In this document: positions 35,431 to 45,691 of the stretch, piece after piece
Layout: each line of letters opens with the position of its first letter
Numbering within the stretch: the stretch's first letter is position 1
Assembly: GCA_963805065.1 (NCBI GenBank)
Contig: CAWDSS010000016.1
Span: forward strand, 65,084-129,083
DNA length: 64,000 nucleotides
Source of the DNA: Candidatus Omnitrophota bacterium
Lineage (GTDB): Bacteria > Omnitrophota > Gorgyraeia > Gygaellales > Profunditerraquicolaceae
Direction of reading: 5' to 3'
Notes under the pieces: generated by a model
What the model was told of the DNA's origin: nothing
Databases searched by the model: none
What the model saw: the letters and a program-made list of their open reading frames with translations, nothing else
Program-made: the position numbers and the translations under genes

Positions 35431-36683
35431 TGGGTAAGACAATCGCAGAAAAAATTTTAAGCAAACATGCCGGAAGAGATTTAAAAGCGGGTGATTTTGC
35501 AATTTGTAAGGTAGACTTTGCATTCGGACAGGACGGTACATCTTCAATTATAATTGATAGGATAAAGGAACTGGGCGTCGATAAGTTAAAAACGCAGTTT
35601 TGCATGGTTATTGACCATAGCGCGCCATCGCCTGGCGAAGGGGTTTCACGCGTGCATAAAAAAATGCGCTCCTTTGCCGATGATTTTAATACCCAGCTTT
35701 ATGATATCGGTTGCGGCGTATGCCATCAGGTCATTCCGGAATCAGGAGAAATTCTCCCCGGTGATTTGGTTTTAGGCGCTGATTCGCATACCTGCACTTA
35801 CGGGGCATTAGGCGCATTTGCCACGGGTGTAGGCTCTACGGACTTGGCAATTACTTTAGCTACCGGTAAGAATTGGTTTAAGGTGCCCCAGACTATTAAA
35901 ATTGTAGTATCGGGAAAAATTCCTAAAGGCGTATACGCAAAAGATATAATCTTGCATATTATTGATAAAGTGAAGGCAGACGGCGCAACCTATAATGCGG
36001 TAGAATTCAGCGGTAATGTAATTGACAAGCTGGATATGGACGGCCGCTTCACCATCTCTAATATGGTAGTTGAAATGGGCGCCAAGGCAGGTTTTATGCC
36101 GATTGATAAAACAACGATTAACTGGCTTAAACCCAGGATCGCTAAAACTAGAAAGATAAAAATAGTTACACCCGACGATGATGCAAAATACAAGGAAGTC
36201 CTTAAATTCGATATCTCAAAACTAAAAGCCCAGGTAGCTATGCCGCACAGCGTAGATAATGTTACAAGCGTTGACAAATTAAAAGGGACTAAAATTAATG
36301 AGGCCTTTTTAGGCACCTGCACAAACGCAAGGCTTGAGGATTTTAAAGTAGCTGCTAAAATACTTAAAGGTAAAAAAGTTTCTAAAAGAGTAAGGCTTAT
36401 TGTCGCTCCCAGTTCGCGCACGATATTTTTAGAGGCAATGAAGCTGGGCTTAATTGATGTTTTCGTCAAATCAGGCGCTGTAGTTGTTGCTCCCGGGTGC
36501 GGGCCATGCGTGGGCACGCATAACGGGATACCTGCTGACGGAGAAATCGTCATATCCACGGCAAACAGGAATTTTAAGGGCAGGATGGGAAATCCCGCTG
36601 CCTTTATTTATTTAGCATCGCCTGCTACAGTTATTTCTTCGGCAATTAAAGGCGTAATTTCTGATCCGAGAGAATTTTTGTAA
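35430..36683 (+). CDS. Aconitase-family hydratase large subunit (LeuC/HacA-type, 3-isopropylmalate/homoaconitate/aconitate hydratase)
   Basis: GADSHTCTYGALGAFATGVGSTD, GTCTNARLED, GCGPCVG, ANRNFKGRMG. Confidence 0.8.
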   Translation: MGKTIAEKILSKHAGRDLKAGDFAICKVDFAFGQDGTSSIIIDRIKELGVDKLKTQFCMVIDHSAPSPGEGVSRVHKKMRSFADDFNTQLYDIGCGVCHQVIPESGEILPGDLVLGADSHTCTYGALGAFATGVGSTDLAITLATGKNWFKVPQTIKIVVSGKIPKGVYAKDIILHIIDKVKADGATYNAVEFSGNVIDKLDMDGRFTISNMVVEMGAKAGFMPIDKTTINWLKPRIAKTRKIKIVTPDDDAKYKEVLKFDISKLKAQVAMPHSVDNVTSVDKLKGTKINEAFLGTCTNARLEDFKVAAKILKGKKVSKRVRLIVAPSSRTIFLEAMKLGLIDVFVKSGAVVVAPGCGPCVGTHNGIPADGEIVISTANRNFKGRMGNPAAFIYLASPATVISSAIKGVISDPREFL

Positions 36684-36700
36684 ATGAAAGAGAGGTTGAT

Positions 36701-37750
36701 ATGGATATCAGGGACCTGTTTTTATTATGTATAAAAAGTAACGCTTCAGATTTGCACATTACGGAAAGTGAACCGCCGATTTTGCGTATAGACGGTAAAT
36801 TGCATAGATGTAGAGACCTGCCTGTTTTTGACAAGCAAAGCTTGAAACTTATGATTTATGCTGTGCTTACCAATACGCAAAAGGAAATGTTTGAGAGGGA
36901 TCTGGAGCTGGATTTCTCTCTGGCACTTCCCGGCTTAGACAGGTTTCGCGTAAACATCCACCTTCAGAAAGGCTCCGTCGAGGGGGCGTTTCGGCGCGTG
37001 CCCTTGGAGATTCCCAAAATTGAAACCTTAGGGCTACCGCCCATAGTCATGGATTTGGCGCGCAGGCCTAACGGACTGGTTTTGGTTACAGGGCCTACGG
37101 GTATGGGTAAAACAACAACCATGGCAGCCATAATCAATCTTATTAATAATGAAAGGGAATGCCTGGTTGTTTCTATTGAGGATCCCATTGAATTTATTTA
37201 CACTAACAACAAATCAATTATCAAACAAAGGGAGGTTTATTCTGATACGCGTTCTTTTGCAGAAGCCTTAAGGCATGCATTAAGGCAGGATCCCAACGTT
37301 ATCGTGGTAGGGGAAATGCGCGACTTGGAAACAATTTCTACTGCTCTTACCGCAGCTGAAACAGGCCACTTGGTTTTAGCAACCTTGCACACGCCTGATG
37401 CCCCCCAGACAATTGAAAGAATCATAGACGTATTCCCCCCACATCAGCAGCAGCAGGTAAAACTGCAGTTAGCAGATTGCTTGCAGGGGGTAGTTTCGCA
37501 GTTGTTATTGCCTCATTCTTCAGGCAAGGGAAGAGTCCTGGCAACGGAAATCATGATTGGAACCCCGGGAGTCAGAAACTTAATCCGTGAGCAGGAAATA
37601 GAACAAATCCCCACCTTGATGCAAACGGGTTCTCAATACGGCATGAAAACCATGGATAAATGCCTGAAAGAATTGACGCAAAAAGGTTTGATTACTTTAG
37701 ACGTTGCCATGTCAAAGGTGAAAAACGCCGAGGAGTTTAAGCAACTATGA
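36701..37750 (+). CDS. pilT: PilT-type type IV pilus retraction ATPase
   Basis: ASDLHI, Walker A GPTGMGKTTT, VIVVGEMRD, GHLVLATLHT, GVRNLIRE (PilT AIRNLIRE-type motif). Confidence 0.85.
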   Translation: MDIRDLFLLCIKSNASDLHITESEPPILRIDGKLHRCRDLPVFDKQSLKLMIYAVLTNTQKEMFERDLELDFSLALPGLDRFRVNIHLQKGSVEGAFRRVPLEIPKIETLGLPPIVMDLARRPNGLVLVTGPTGMGKTTTMAAIINLINNERECLVVSIEDPIEFIYTNNKSIIKQREVYSDTRSFAEALRHALRQDPNVIVVGEMRDLETISTALTAAETGHLVLATLHTPDAPQTIERIIDVFPPHQQQQVKLQLADCLQGVVSQLLLPHSSGKGRVLATEIMIGTPGVRNLIREQEIEQIPTLMQTGSQYGMKTMDKCLKELTQKGLITLDVAMSKVKNAEEFKQL

Positions 37751-38247
37751 GGCTTGCAGGAAAATCAGTCAAACTTTCAGATAACATCAACACGGATTTT
37801 ATTATTTCCGGACGGTATAAGTTCGCTATTACCGATATGAAAGAACTGTCTAAGCATATTATGGAAGACATTGATCCGGCTTTCCCTGCAAAAATAATCC
37901 CAGGGAAAACCATGATTGTTGCTGGAAAAAATTTCGGAATGGGGTCATCCCGCGAACAAGCCCCTTTGGTGATAAAAGAAGCAGGGATTGTGGCGGTTTT
38001 AGCTAAATCATTTGCCAGGATATTCTACAGGAACGCTTTTAATATAGGCTTAGCCTTGATTGAAACCGATACGGATAATATAGAAGAGAATGACGAGCTG
38101 GAAATAGATCTAGACAACGGCATAGTCAATAACCTTAGCAGGAATATGAAGTTGGCTATAAAGCCTTTTCCTGAATTTATGCAGAAGTTGTTAATAGAAG
38201 GCGGAATCGTCAATTACTATAAGAAGTACGGAGAGTTGAAGGTTTAA
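37747..38247 (+). CDS. Aconitase-family hydratase small subunit (LeuD/HacB-type)
   Basis: [12 protein letters not shown]...[14 protein letters not shown]. Its ATG overlaps the pilT stop (ATGA). Confidence 0.8.
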   Translation: MRLAGKSVKLSDNINTDFIISGRYKFAITDMKELSKHIMEDIDPAFPAKIIPGKTMIVAGKNFGMGSSREQAPLVIKEAGIVAVLAKSFARIFYRNAFNIGLALIETDTDNIEENDELEIDLDNGIVNNLSRNMKLAIKPFPEFMQKLLIEGGIVNYYKKYGELKV

Positions 38248-38248
38248 T

Positions 38249-39331
38249 ATGGCGCATAAAATTACTTTAATACCAGGGGATGGCATTGGGCCTGAGATAA
38301 CCGAAGCTGCCAGAAGATGCATTGAGGCAACAGGCGTAAAAATTGATTGGGATTTAGCTTATGCAGGGGAAGAGGCAAAAATTAAATTCGGCGATTTGCT
38401 TCCCAGGCAAACTTTAGATTCCATAAAAAAGAACAAGGTGGCACTGAAGGGGCCGATTACAACGCCTATCGGCAGCGGGTTTCGCTCGGTTAATGTAGCT
38501 ATAAGGCATGCTTTAGATTTATATGCCTGTGTGCGGCCGGCGAAATCCTATCCCGGAGTAAAAAGTTATTACAAAGATATAGATTTGGTAATTATCAGGG
38601 AAAACAGCGAAGATTTATATGTGGGGATAGAATTTGAAGAGGGAAAGCCCGAGACAGTTGATCTTATTGGAAAAATCGAAAAATATTCGAAGAAGAGCAT
38701 ACGCCGCGATTCCGGCATTTCCATAAAACCGATTTCTAAATTTGCCACTGAACGAATCGTGGATTTTGCGTTTCGATACGCTATAGAATTCAACCGTAAA
38801 AAAATCACCGTAATCACAAAGGCGAATATTATGAAATTTACCGACGGGTTATTTCTTAAGACAGCCCGTGAAGTCGCTGCTCAATACGCGGGAAAAATTG
38901 AATTTAATGAAGCGTTGGTTGATAATATGGCTATGCAATTAGTGCAGAAACCGCATAATTTTGACGTATTAGTACTTCCTAACCTTTATGGCGATATACT
39001 TTCTGATTTGTGCGCCGGGCTTATCGGAGGCTTAGGTATTGCTCCCGGAGCCAACATCGGAGACGGTTTAGCTGTTTTTGAAGCAGTGCACGGCTCAGCG
39101 CCTAAATACAAAGGGATGAATAAGGTAAATCCTGCTGCAATGATTTTATCCGGTGTTTTAATGTTGAAGTACCTTAAAGAAGACAAGGCAGCGCAAAATT
39201 TAGAAAATGCAGTTAAAGATGTATTAGCTGAAGGAAAATCTGTGACCTACGATTTAAAACCTACCCCTAACGATCCATCAGCCGTAGGCACGAAAGAGAT
39301 GGCTTCCGCCATCATCTCCAAAATCAAATGA
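38249..39331 (+). CDS. icd: Isocitrate dehydrogenase (isocitrate/isopropylmalate dehydrogenase family)
   Basis: [46 protein letters not shown] plus the IDH-type insert ...[37 protein letters not shown]. Confidence 0.75.
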   Translation: MAHKITLIPGDGIGPEITEAARRCIEATGVKIDWDLAYAGEEAKIKFGDLLPRQTLDSIKKNKVALKGPITTPIGSGFRSVNVAIRHALDLYACVRPAKSYPGVKSYYKDIDLVIIRENSEDLYVGIEFEEGKPETVDLIGKIEKYSKKSIRRDSGISIKPISKFATERIVDFAFRYAIEFNRKKITVITKANIMKFTDGLFLKTAREVAAQYAGKIEFNEALVDNMAMQLVQKPHNFDVLVLPNLYGDILSDLCAGLIGGLGIAPGANIGDGLAVFEAVHGSAPKYKGMNKVNPAAMILSGVLMLKYLKEDKAAQNLENAVKDVLAEGKSVTYDLKPTPNDPSAVGTKEMASAIISKIK

Positions 39332-40251
39332 AAATATCTGTTATTGGAGCAGGAAATGTGGGGAGTACAACCGCGATGCGGTTAGCACAGGAAGCCATAG
39401 GCGATATTGTCCTGGTTGATGTAGTTAAAGGCTTGGCGCAAGGTAAGGTTTTTGACCTGGAAGATGCCCGTCCGATTACAAAAATTAATTATAAAATACA
39501 GGGCAGCGATGATATTACTTTAATGAAAGATTCAGATATCATTGTGGTAACTGCCGGCTTGGCTAGAAAGCCCGGGATGACCAGAGAAGAATTACTAAAT
39601 AAGAATTCGCAGATTCTAAAGGAAATTTGCCTAAACATAAAGAAATTAGCCAAAGATTCCATAGTTATTATAGTGACTAATCCACTGGACTTAATGACAT
39701 ATCTGGCCTTAAAGGAGACCATGTTCAGACCGCAAAAAATTTTTGGCATGGGGGTTAGCTTGGATGCTGCCAGGTTCGCCAACGTTATCAGTAGGGAATT
39801 AGATATACCTGCTACTGATATTGATGCCTGCGTAATCGGTAGTCACGGAGAAGCCATGCTTCCTTTACCCCGCTTTAGCAAAGTAAAAGGCGTTTCATTG
39901 GATGAATTCGTTGATGATGTAAGAATACAAACGCTGATTAATAAAACGGTAAATAGAGGTGCTGAAATTGTATCATTATTAGGCAGTGGCAGCGCATATT
40001 ACGCGCCTTCTGCAGCAGTAGCAGCGCTTGTTAAAACGGTTGCCAAAGATGAGAAAAGGACAGTGGGCGTATGCGCATACTTAAACGGTGAGTACGGAAT
40101 TAAAGATATTTGCTTAGGTGTTCCCTGCAGGATAGGCAGAAACGGAATAGAGAAAATTATTGAGCTGGATTTGAATAAACAAGAAATTGAGGCAATGCTA
40201 AAGTCAGCTGATTCAATCCGCTCAGCTTTAAAAAGTTTATACTTTTCTTAG
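39328..40251 (+). CDS. mdh: Malate dehydrogenase (LDH-like family)
   Basis: [22 protein letters not shown] (Arg at the substrate-selectivity position), VTNPLD, GSHG. Confidence 0.85.
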   Translation: MKISVIGAGNVGSTTAMRLAQEAIGDIVLVDVVKGLAQGKVFDLEDARPITKINYKIQGSDDITLMKDSDIIVVTAGLARKPGMTREELLNKNSQILKEICLNIKKLAKDSIVIIVTNPLDLMTYLALKETMFRPQKIFGMGVSLDAARFANVISRELDIPATDIDACVIGSHGEAMLPLPRFSKVKGVSLDEFVDDVRIQTLINKTVNRGAEIVSLLGSGSAYYAPSAAVAALVKTVAKDEKRTVGVCAYLNGEYGIKDICLGVPCRIGRNGIEKIIELDLNKQEIEAMLKSADSIRSALKSLYFS

Positions 40252-40258
40252 CATTTTT

Positions 40259-41548
40259 ATGGATTACGATCTAACAATTATAGGTGCTGGTTGGGCAGGC
40301 TTTAACGCAAGCTTAAGGGCAAAGGAGCTGGGTTTAAAAGTTTGCCTGATTGATGAATCGCAAATCGGCGGCACCTGCCTGAATAAAGGTTGTATCCCTA
40401 CCAAGGCTTTAATTCAATCAGCAAAAGTTTACTCCATTGTCAAGAAATCCCCCAGTTATGGTATAGATAGGGCTGATCCCGCGTTAAATTTCATACGAAT
40501 TCAGCAAAGAAAAGAAGAAATTATCCAACAGTTGCGTAGCGGCATGCAATTCATGCTTAAGGAAATTGATTTCCTGAATAGCGAGGCAAAGTTTGTTTCT
40601 AATCAAGAATTGATAGCAGGTGGCAAAACAATAAAATCAAGCTCTATAATCATTGCCTGCGGCTCCAAGGCCATGGAGCTTAAAAGTATAAAATTTGACG
40701 GCAAGAAGATATTATCAAGCGACGACATCCTCAATTTAAAAGAAATACCCAAGAGTCTACTGATTATTGGTGGAGGAGTCATCGGTTGTGAATTTGCCAG
40801 TTTGTTTACAATGCTTGGGAGCCATGTATCGATAGTAGAAATGATGCCGCATATTTTGCCTGGCGTAGATAAGGAAGTAGCCAGTAAACTGGAAACCGTG
40901 TATAAAAAACGAGGTTTAAAAATAAGCACTAATACCGATGCTACTACCGTAGATTTAACTAAATTTGATACGGTATTGGTTTGCATAGGCCGTTCACCTG
41001 ATACCCAGAGGTTGAATTTGCAAGATATGGGAATTAATTTAGATAAAAATAAAATTATCGTTGATGAGTACCTTAAGACCAGCGTCCCCAATATTTATGC
41101 TGCAGGAGACTGCACAGGAAAAATTATGCTTGCGCACTTTGCTGCTTATCAGGGCGTGGTTGCTGCTGAAAATATTGCCTGGCCGGACAATCTTAAAAAA
41201 GCTGATAACGCCGTTGTCCCCAATTGTATTTTTACTGATCCTGAAATAGCTGCGGTTGGCTTGACTGAGGATGAATCATCTGCCAAGGGTTTAGAAATAA
41301 GCGTGCAGAAGTTTAATTTCTTAGGTTCGGGAATGGCGCGTATTATGGATGAGTCCGAGGGTTTCATCAAGATAATTTCTGATAAGAAAACCGGTTATAT
41401 CCTGGGTGCATCTATAATCGGGCCTAAAGCAACCGAACTTATCGCCAGTTTAACCGTGGCCATTACAAACCGCCTGACTATCTCGCAAATAAAAAATACC
41501 ATTTTCGCACACCCGACTTTATCCGAATCAATTTTAGAAGCGCTTTAA
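40259..41548 (+). CDS. lpdA: Dihydrolipoyl dehydrogenase-family flavoprotein disulfide reductase
   Basis: IIGAGWAGF, GGTCLNKGCIPTK redox disulfide, GGGVIGCEFA, C-terminal HAHPTLSE. Confidence 0.75.
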   Translation: MDYDLTIIGAGWAGFNASLRAKELGLKVCLIDESQIGGTCLNKGCIPTKALIQSAKVYSIVKKSPSYGIDRADPALNFIRIQQRKEEIIQQLRSGMQFMLKEIDFLNSEAKFVSNQELIAGGKTIKSSSIIIACGSKAMELKSIKFDGKKILSSDDILNLKEIPKSLLIIGGGVIGCEFASLFTMLGSHVSIVEMMPHILPGVDKEVASKLETVYKKRGLKISTNTDATTVDLTKFDTVLVCIGRSPDTQRLNLQDMGINLDKNKIIVDEYLKTSVPNIYAAGDCTGKIMLAHFAAYQGVVAAENIAWPDNLKKADNAVVPNCIFTDPEIAAVGLTEDESSAKGLEISVQKFNFLGSGMARIMDESEGFIKIISDKKTGYILGASIIGPKATELIASLTVAITNRLTISQIKNTIFAHPTLSESILEAL

Positions 41549-41550
41549 TT

Positions 41551-42204
41551 ATGGAAATAAATATTTTTGATTTAAACCTGGTTGATTTTGAATGCGCCTG
41601 GAAGTTTCAAAAACAAATTTTTACTCAGGTTCAAAATAACTCTTTACGGCACGCATTAATTTTATGCCGGCATAAACCCGTTATCACTTTAGGAAGGGCA
41701 GGGCACAAAGAAAATATCCTGGCTACTAAAGAAGAATTGGAAAGAAAAGGTATAAGTGTCTATGCAATTGAGCGGGGAGGAGACGTAACTTATCATGGGC
41801 CTGGCCAATTGACGGTTTACCCTGTTTGTAACCTCACCTTTTTAAAAAAAGACATCCATTGGTTTTTGCGGCTCTTAGAAGAGGCGCTGATTTGCTGGAT
41901 TTCTGATTTTGGAATTAAGGCCGAGAGGAATCCCGGGTATAGCGGTGTTTGGGTCGAGGGTAAAAAAATTGCTTCTATCGGAATAGCAATCAGGCATTGG
42001 ATAACTTTTCACGGTATCAGCATAAATATTAAAAAGTCAGATTTAGACAATTTTAAACTCATAAAGCCTTGCGGACTGAACGTAGAAATGACTTGCCTTG
42101 AGGCGATTTTGGATAGAGAATTAGACATAGAGAATATAAAGAATAGCCTTATCAATCAATTTAGGGACACCCTTCCGATTGAATTACAGGGTGTCCCTGC
42201 TTAG
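41551..42204 (+). CDS. lipB: Octanoyltransferase
   Basis: ITLGRAGHKENIL, ERGGDVTYHGPGQLTVYP, GVWV.GKKIASIGI. Confidence 0.85.
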   Translation: MEINIFDLNLVDFECAWKFQKQIFTQVQNNSLRHALILCRHKPVITLGRAGHKENILATKEELERKGISVYAIERGGDVTYHGPGQLTVYPVCNLTFLKKDIHWFLRLLEEALICWISDFGIKAERNPGYSGVWVEGKKIASIGIAIRHWITFHGISINIKKSDLDNFKLIKPCGLNVEMTCLEAILDRELDIENIKNSLINQFRDTLPIELQGVPA

Positions 42205-42216
42205 GAGGAAAATACA

Positions 42217-42453
42217 ATGGTTAAAGTAGGATTGCCTGAGTTAGGCGAAGGAATCACAAAAGCCACGCTTTCTTATTGGTATTATAAAGTGGGGGAGAAG
42301 GTCAGTGAAAGGGACGATCTTGTGGAATTGACTACAGATAAAGCTACCTTTAACTTGCCAAGTCCCTGCACAGGCAGGCTTTCTGAGGTTTTCTACCAGG
42401 AAGGTGATACAGTGAATGTCGGAGAAATTTTAGCCATAATTGAAGAATCCTAA
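42217..42453 (+). CDS. Free-standing lipoyl-attachment domain protein (78 aa)
   Basis: LPELGEGITKATL...VELTTDKATFNLPSPCTGRL (DKA lipoyl-lysine motif). No E2 catalytic domain follows. Confidence 0.7.
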   Translation: MVKVGLPELGEGITKATLSYWYYKVGEKVSERDDLVELTTDKATFNLPSPCTGRLSEVFYQEGDTVNVGEILAIIEES

Positions 42454-42470
42454 ATGAAATTTTATTATTT

Positions 42471-44270
42471 ATGATAAGCCAATTTTGTGACCTTAGCAGA
42501 TATTATTATTTTAATCCGCATGCCATCCCGCCTTTAATTCTGGGAGTCTTTATACTGGTATTGGCAATTTATGTGTTTAACCAAAACAGAAGATCAAGCA
42601 TCAACATTGCTTTCTCGATTTTTGGGTTAAGTATATTTCTGTGGTTCTTTGGCAACGCCATGATTTATTTCAGTAAAGACGACACAAACATAATCAACTT
42701 TTGGTGCAGATATTGCGTAAATTTGGGCGTAGTCTTTATTCCTGCTAATATCTATTTTTTCAGTGTTTCAATGACAAAAACCCTTAATATAAATAAATGG
42801 CGTGTATCCTTGAGTTATTTAGTTTCCTCATTCTTATATCTTACGGTAATAAAAAGCAATTATTTTGTCACAGGCTTCAAAAAGTATTACTGGGGTTGGT
42901 ATTCTCAGTTTGGGCCCGCATCATTTATTTATCTTATTTTCTTTTTTATTGTATTGTTATTAAGCGTAAAAAGCTTTTTATCTGCCCTTAAAAAATTGCC
43001 TCCGGGAACTGAAAGAAACCGTGTCAAGTATGTTTTTATTGGCCTTGCCCTGGCCAATCTCGGTTCAATTGATATCCTTCCAGGTTATGGTATCTTAGTT
43101 TATCCTTTGGGTTGCGTTTTTATATTTATCTTCGCTATTCTTATTGCCTTTGCTATCGTTAAATACAAATTGATGGTTATGACGCCGGCTTTGGCTGCGG
43201 ATACGATTATTGATACTATGGCAGATTCGCTGGTAGTGTTTAGCTTGGAAGGCAATATCCTCATGGTTAATCGTGTGACAGGCGAGTTTTTGGGGTATAA
43301 ACAAGAGGAATTAATCGGAAGGCCAGTAAATATACTTTTTGCCGAGAAAGACTTGTTTTCTGGTGAAGGGCTTAAGGCACTAACCACGAAAGGCAGGATA
43401 TATAATTACGAATTAAATTACCTGACTAAAAATAATGATAGGATTCCTGTGAGCCTTAATGCCGGGGCAATAATCGACAGAGATGGCGCTGTTTTGGGTA
43501 TCGCCGGAATTGCCAGGGATATCCGGGAAACAAAGAAACTGCAGTCCCAACTTATCCAATCAGCAAAGATGTCAGCTGTAGGCCAGTTGGGTGCGGGTAT
43601 AGCCCATGAATTAAATAACCCGTTGGGCGGAATCTTGGGTTACGCACAATTTATGCTGGAAAAGATTAAACAGCCGGATTTTGGGCCGGAGGAATTCCGA
43701 TCCTGCAAAGGTTATATTGAATCCATTGAGAAAGAATCATCTCGTAGCAAGAATATTATCAGTAGTTTATTGAGGTTCTCCAGGAAATCCATGATTAATC
43801 AGCCGGAATTAATGGATATAAGTTTGGCTCTTGAGGATACACTTGCAATTATCGGCCATCAGATGGAAGTAAGCAATATTAAAATCACTACCAGCCTCCA
43901 GCCAGGTTTATCCAAGATTATGGGCGTGGTTAACCTCATACAGCAGGTTTTCGCCAACATAATCCTTAACGCCCAGCAGGCCATGCCAACTGGAGGGGAG
44001 CTAAAGATTACAGCGCAAAATATAATGGATGAAAAAACCAAAGTTACTTCTATGGTGAAAATTGAGTTTACTGATACAGGCTGCGGCATATCCGAAGAGA
44101 ACCTCAGCCACATTTTTGAGCCATTCTTTTCTACAAAGGCGAAAGAAAAGAGTGTAGGCTTGGGTTTGGCCATCTGCTACCAGATAATTCAGGACCATAA
44201 AGGCAAGATTGAAGTAAAAAGTCAAGTAGGCAAAGGTTCCACCTTTACTATTACTTTGCCAATTCGCTAA
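42471..44270 (+). CDS. Sensor histidine kinase: N-terminal 7TM sensor, PAS, HisKA, HATPase
   Basis: ~220-aa polytopic N-terminus with a KYYWGWY motif. PAS region (DSLVVFSLEGNILMVN...). H-box GAGIAHELNNPLG. Also NAQQAMP and DTGCGISE...GLGLAI. Confidence 0.85.
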   Translation: MISQFCDLSRYYYFNPHAIPPLILGVFILVLAIYVFNQNRRSSINIAFSIFGLSIFLWFFGNAMIYFSKDDTNIINFWCRYCVNLGVVFIPANIYFFSVSMTKTLNINKWRVSLSYLVSSFLYLTVIKSNYFVTGFKKYYWGWYSQFGPASFIYLIFFFIVLLLSVKSFLSALKKLPPGTERNRVKYVFIGLALANLGSIDILPGYGILVYPLGCVFIFIFAILIAFAIVKYKLMVMTPALAADTIIDTMADSLVVFSLEGNILMVNRVTGEFLGYKQEELIGRPVNILFAEKDLFSGEGLKALTTKGRIYNYELNYLTKNNDRIPVSLNAGAIIDRDGAVLGIAGIARDIRETKKLQSQLIQSAKMSAVGQLGAGIAHELNNPLGGILGYAQFMLEKIKQPDFGPEEFRSCKGYIESIEKESSRSKNIISSLLRFSRKSMINQPELMDISLALEDTLAIIGHQMEVSNIKITTSLQPGLSKIMGVVNLIQQVFANIILNAQQAMPTGGELKITAQNIMDEKTKVTSMVKIEFTDTGCGISEENLSHIFEPFFSTKAKEKSVGLGLAICYQIIQDHKGKIEVKSQVGKGSTFTITLPIR

Positions 44271-44285
44271 AGCTACAAGTTATAT

Positions 44286-44332
44286 TCTCTGCCATCTATA
44301 CGTTAGTTGTCTGTAAAAGGCAGGGATTTTTT
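44286..44332 (+). terminator. Possible terminator after the first kinase gene
   Basis: TCTCTGCC (44286-93) pairs with GGCAGGGA (44319-26), followed by TTTTTT. The loop is long (25 nt). Confidence 0.4.
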
Positions 44333-44352
44333 ATGCTTATTTAAGATTTCAC

Positions 44353-44381
44353 TTGACAACATCTAGTTTTATCAGTATATA
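44353..44381 (+). promoter_or_regulatory. Consensus-like sigma70 promoter
   Basis: TTGACA (44353-58), 17-nt spacer, TATATA (44376-81). Lies 39 nt upstream of the HTH gene. Confidence 0.55.
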
Positions 44382-44419
44382 TATAACTACATTAAATTTG
44401 ATAAAAGAGAGGTGAAAAA

Positions 44420-44650
44420 ATGGCAAAGGTTAAAGAGATTTGGACAGCCAAGGAGGTAGCTGAATACCTCAATATCCACCCTCTCACAGTCCATAAGTAT
44501 GCGCGCGAAGGCAAGATACCGGCATTTAAGATTGGCATGGACTGGAGGTTTCACAGAAAATTTATCGAGCGGTGGATTAAGGAAAAATCAGCTTACAACG
44601 CCAATGGCAAAGAACGCAGGAAGTCGCTGCTAAATGGAAACACAAGTTAA
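44420..44650 (+). CDS. Excisionase-family (MerR-superfamily) helix-turn-helix DNA-binding protein
   Basis: WTAKEVAEYLNIHPLTVHKYAREGKIPAFKIGMDWRF. 76 aa, with its own promoter and SD. Confidence 0.75.
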   Translation: MAKVKEIWTAKEVAEYLNIHPLTVHKYAREGKIPAFKIGMDWRFHRKFIERWIKEKSAYNANGKERRKSLLNGNTS

Positions 44651-44673
44651 ATAGTTTACAAAACATAACTATA

Positions 44674-45666
44674 ATGAAATCTTTTGCTTATATACTTAGC
44701 CCTATAAGTATTAAACAGCTTAAGAGCTTTAGCCCTGCCCTTAAGATTCTTCCTGATTTTGTGATTAAGGCAAGCCTGAAAAATAGCCAGCCTTTTAAAT
44801 CTTTGCGCTACAAAAACATACTCTCGGTTCAAGGGCAAGAAGTGCAAGGCGTGCTTATTGTCTGTCCGCTTTTGCCCCGGCAAATGCTAGAGTCAGAGGA
44901 AAGTTTTGTTTTGGATAAGATTATTGCTGCCGGCAGGGTTGCCCAGCAGCTTGGCGCAAAAATAATCGGTTTAGGCGGTTATACCGCCATAGTGGCAGAT
45001 AAAGGATTAACAGTAGCCAAAAAACTAAATATGCCTGTAACCACGGGAAAGGCGCTTACAGCCTGGTCAATATTTGAGGCAATTTATAGGACGGCACGCC
45101 TGAAAAATATCCGGCTCCAGGATTCTTCACTGACAATTGTAGGAGGAGGGTCTCTGGGTTACCTTTGCGCAGCTAAATTATCCGGTTATATTCCTAAGAT
45201 AACCATTACTGATGGCAATGGAAAAACAGACCGGCTTCATCAGTGTAAAGAACGTATTTTATGCGTTAAACAAGTAGAGATAATTATAGAAGATAATGTG
45301 CATAATGCCGTAAAGAATGCAGATTTTATAATTAATGCTTCACGGTCTTTGCAGGCGTTGTTTAGCCTTGATGAATTAAAAGCGGGTGCAGTGGTATGCG
45401 ATGTTTCCGTTCCTTGGAATATTGCCGATAGCCGAAACAACCGCCATGACATCACGGTCATAAGAGCTGGATTAGTCAAGGTCCCTGATGGCTGCGATAC
45501 CATTGTTCACGCTTCATTAGCAGAAACCATGCTTTTGACATTAGAGGAAAAGTTCACCAGCTATTCTTTGGGGGATAATATAAATTTGGATAAGCTTGAG
45601 GAAATCGCAGACTTGGCAGTGCGCCACGGTTTTGAAATCTGGGTTCCTCAGGCGCCGCTATTTTGA
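44674..45666 (+). CDS. Homologue of cyanobacterial long-chain acyl-ACP reductase (AAR family; often annotated shikimate/quinate dehydrogenase-like)
   Basis: Collinear, by my recall of the AAR sequence: CPLLPRQML...AQQLGAKIIGLGGYTAIV..., VTTGKALTAW, Rossmann-like TIVGGGSLG, and the C-terminal ASLAETMLLTLEE...LEEIADLAVRHGFE, which resembles FAEAMLLEFEG...MEAIGEASVRHGFQ. Confidence 0.6.
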   Translation: MKSFAYILSPISIKQLKSFSPALKILPDFVIKASLKNSQPFKSLRYKNILSVQGQEVQGVLIVCPLLPRQMLESEESFVLDKIIAAGRVAQQLGAKIIGLGGYTAIVADKGLTVAKKLNMPVTTGKALTAWSIFEAIYRTARLKNIRLQDSSLTIVGGGSLGYLCAAKLSGYIPKITITDGNGKTDRLHQCKERILCVKQVEIIIEDNVHNAVKNADFIINASRSLQALFSLDELKAGAVVCDVSVPWNIADSRNNRHDITVIRAGLVKVPDGCDTIVHASLAETMLLTLEEKFTSYSLGDNINLDKLEEIADLAVRHGFEIWVPQAPLF

Positions 45667-45691
45667 TGGGCTTAAAAGAAAGGATAAACCC

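Noticed and set aside
42797-42991. Short alternative-frame + strand ORFs nested in larger genes (42797..42991 in the kinase, 50099..50380 in the HD-GYP gene, 56835..57050 in the receptor, 41061..41249 in lpdA, 62212..62394 in efp).
   Set aside because: They lie fully inside confidently identified genes in another frame, have no independent signals and are unrecognisable in sequence.
44420-44650. The excisionase-family HTH as a marker of a prophage or integrative element boundary.
   Set aside because: No integrase, transposase, att-like direct repeats, phage genes or adjacent tRNA are present. It has its own housekeeping-type promoter and sits among signalling genes, so a transcription-factor role is more likely.
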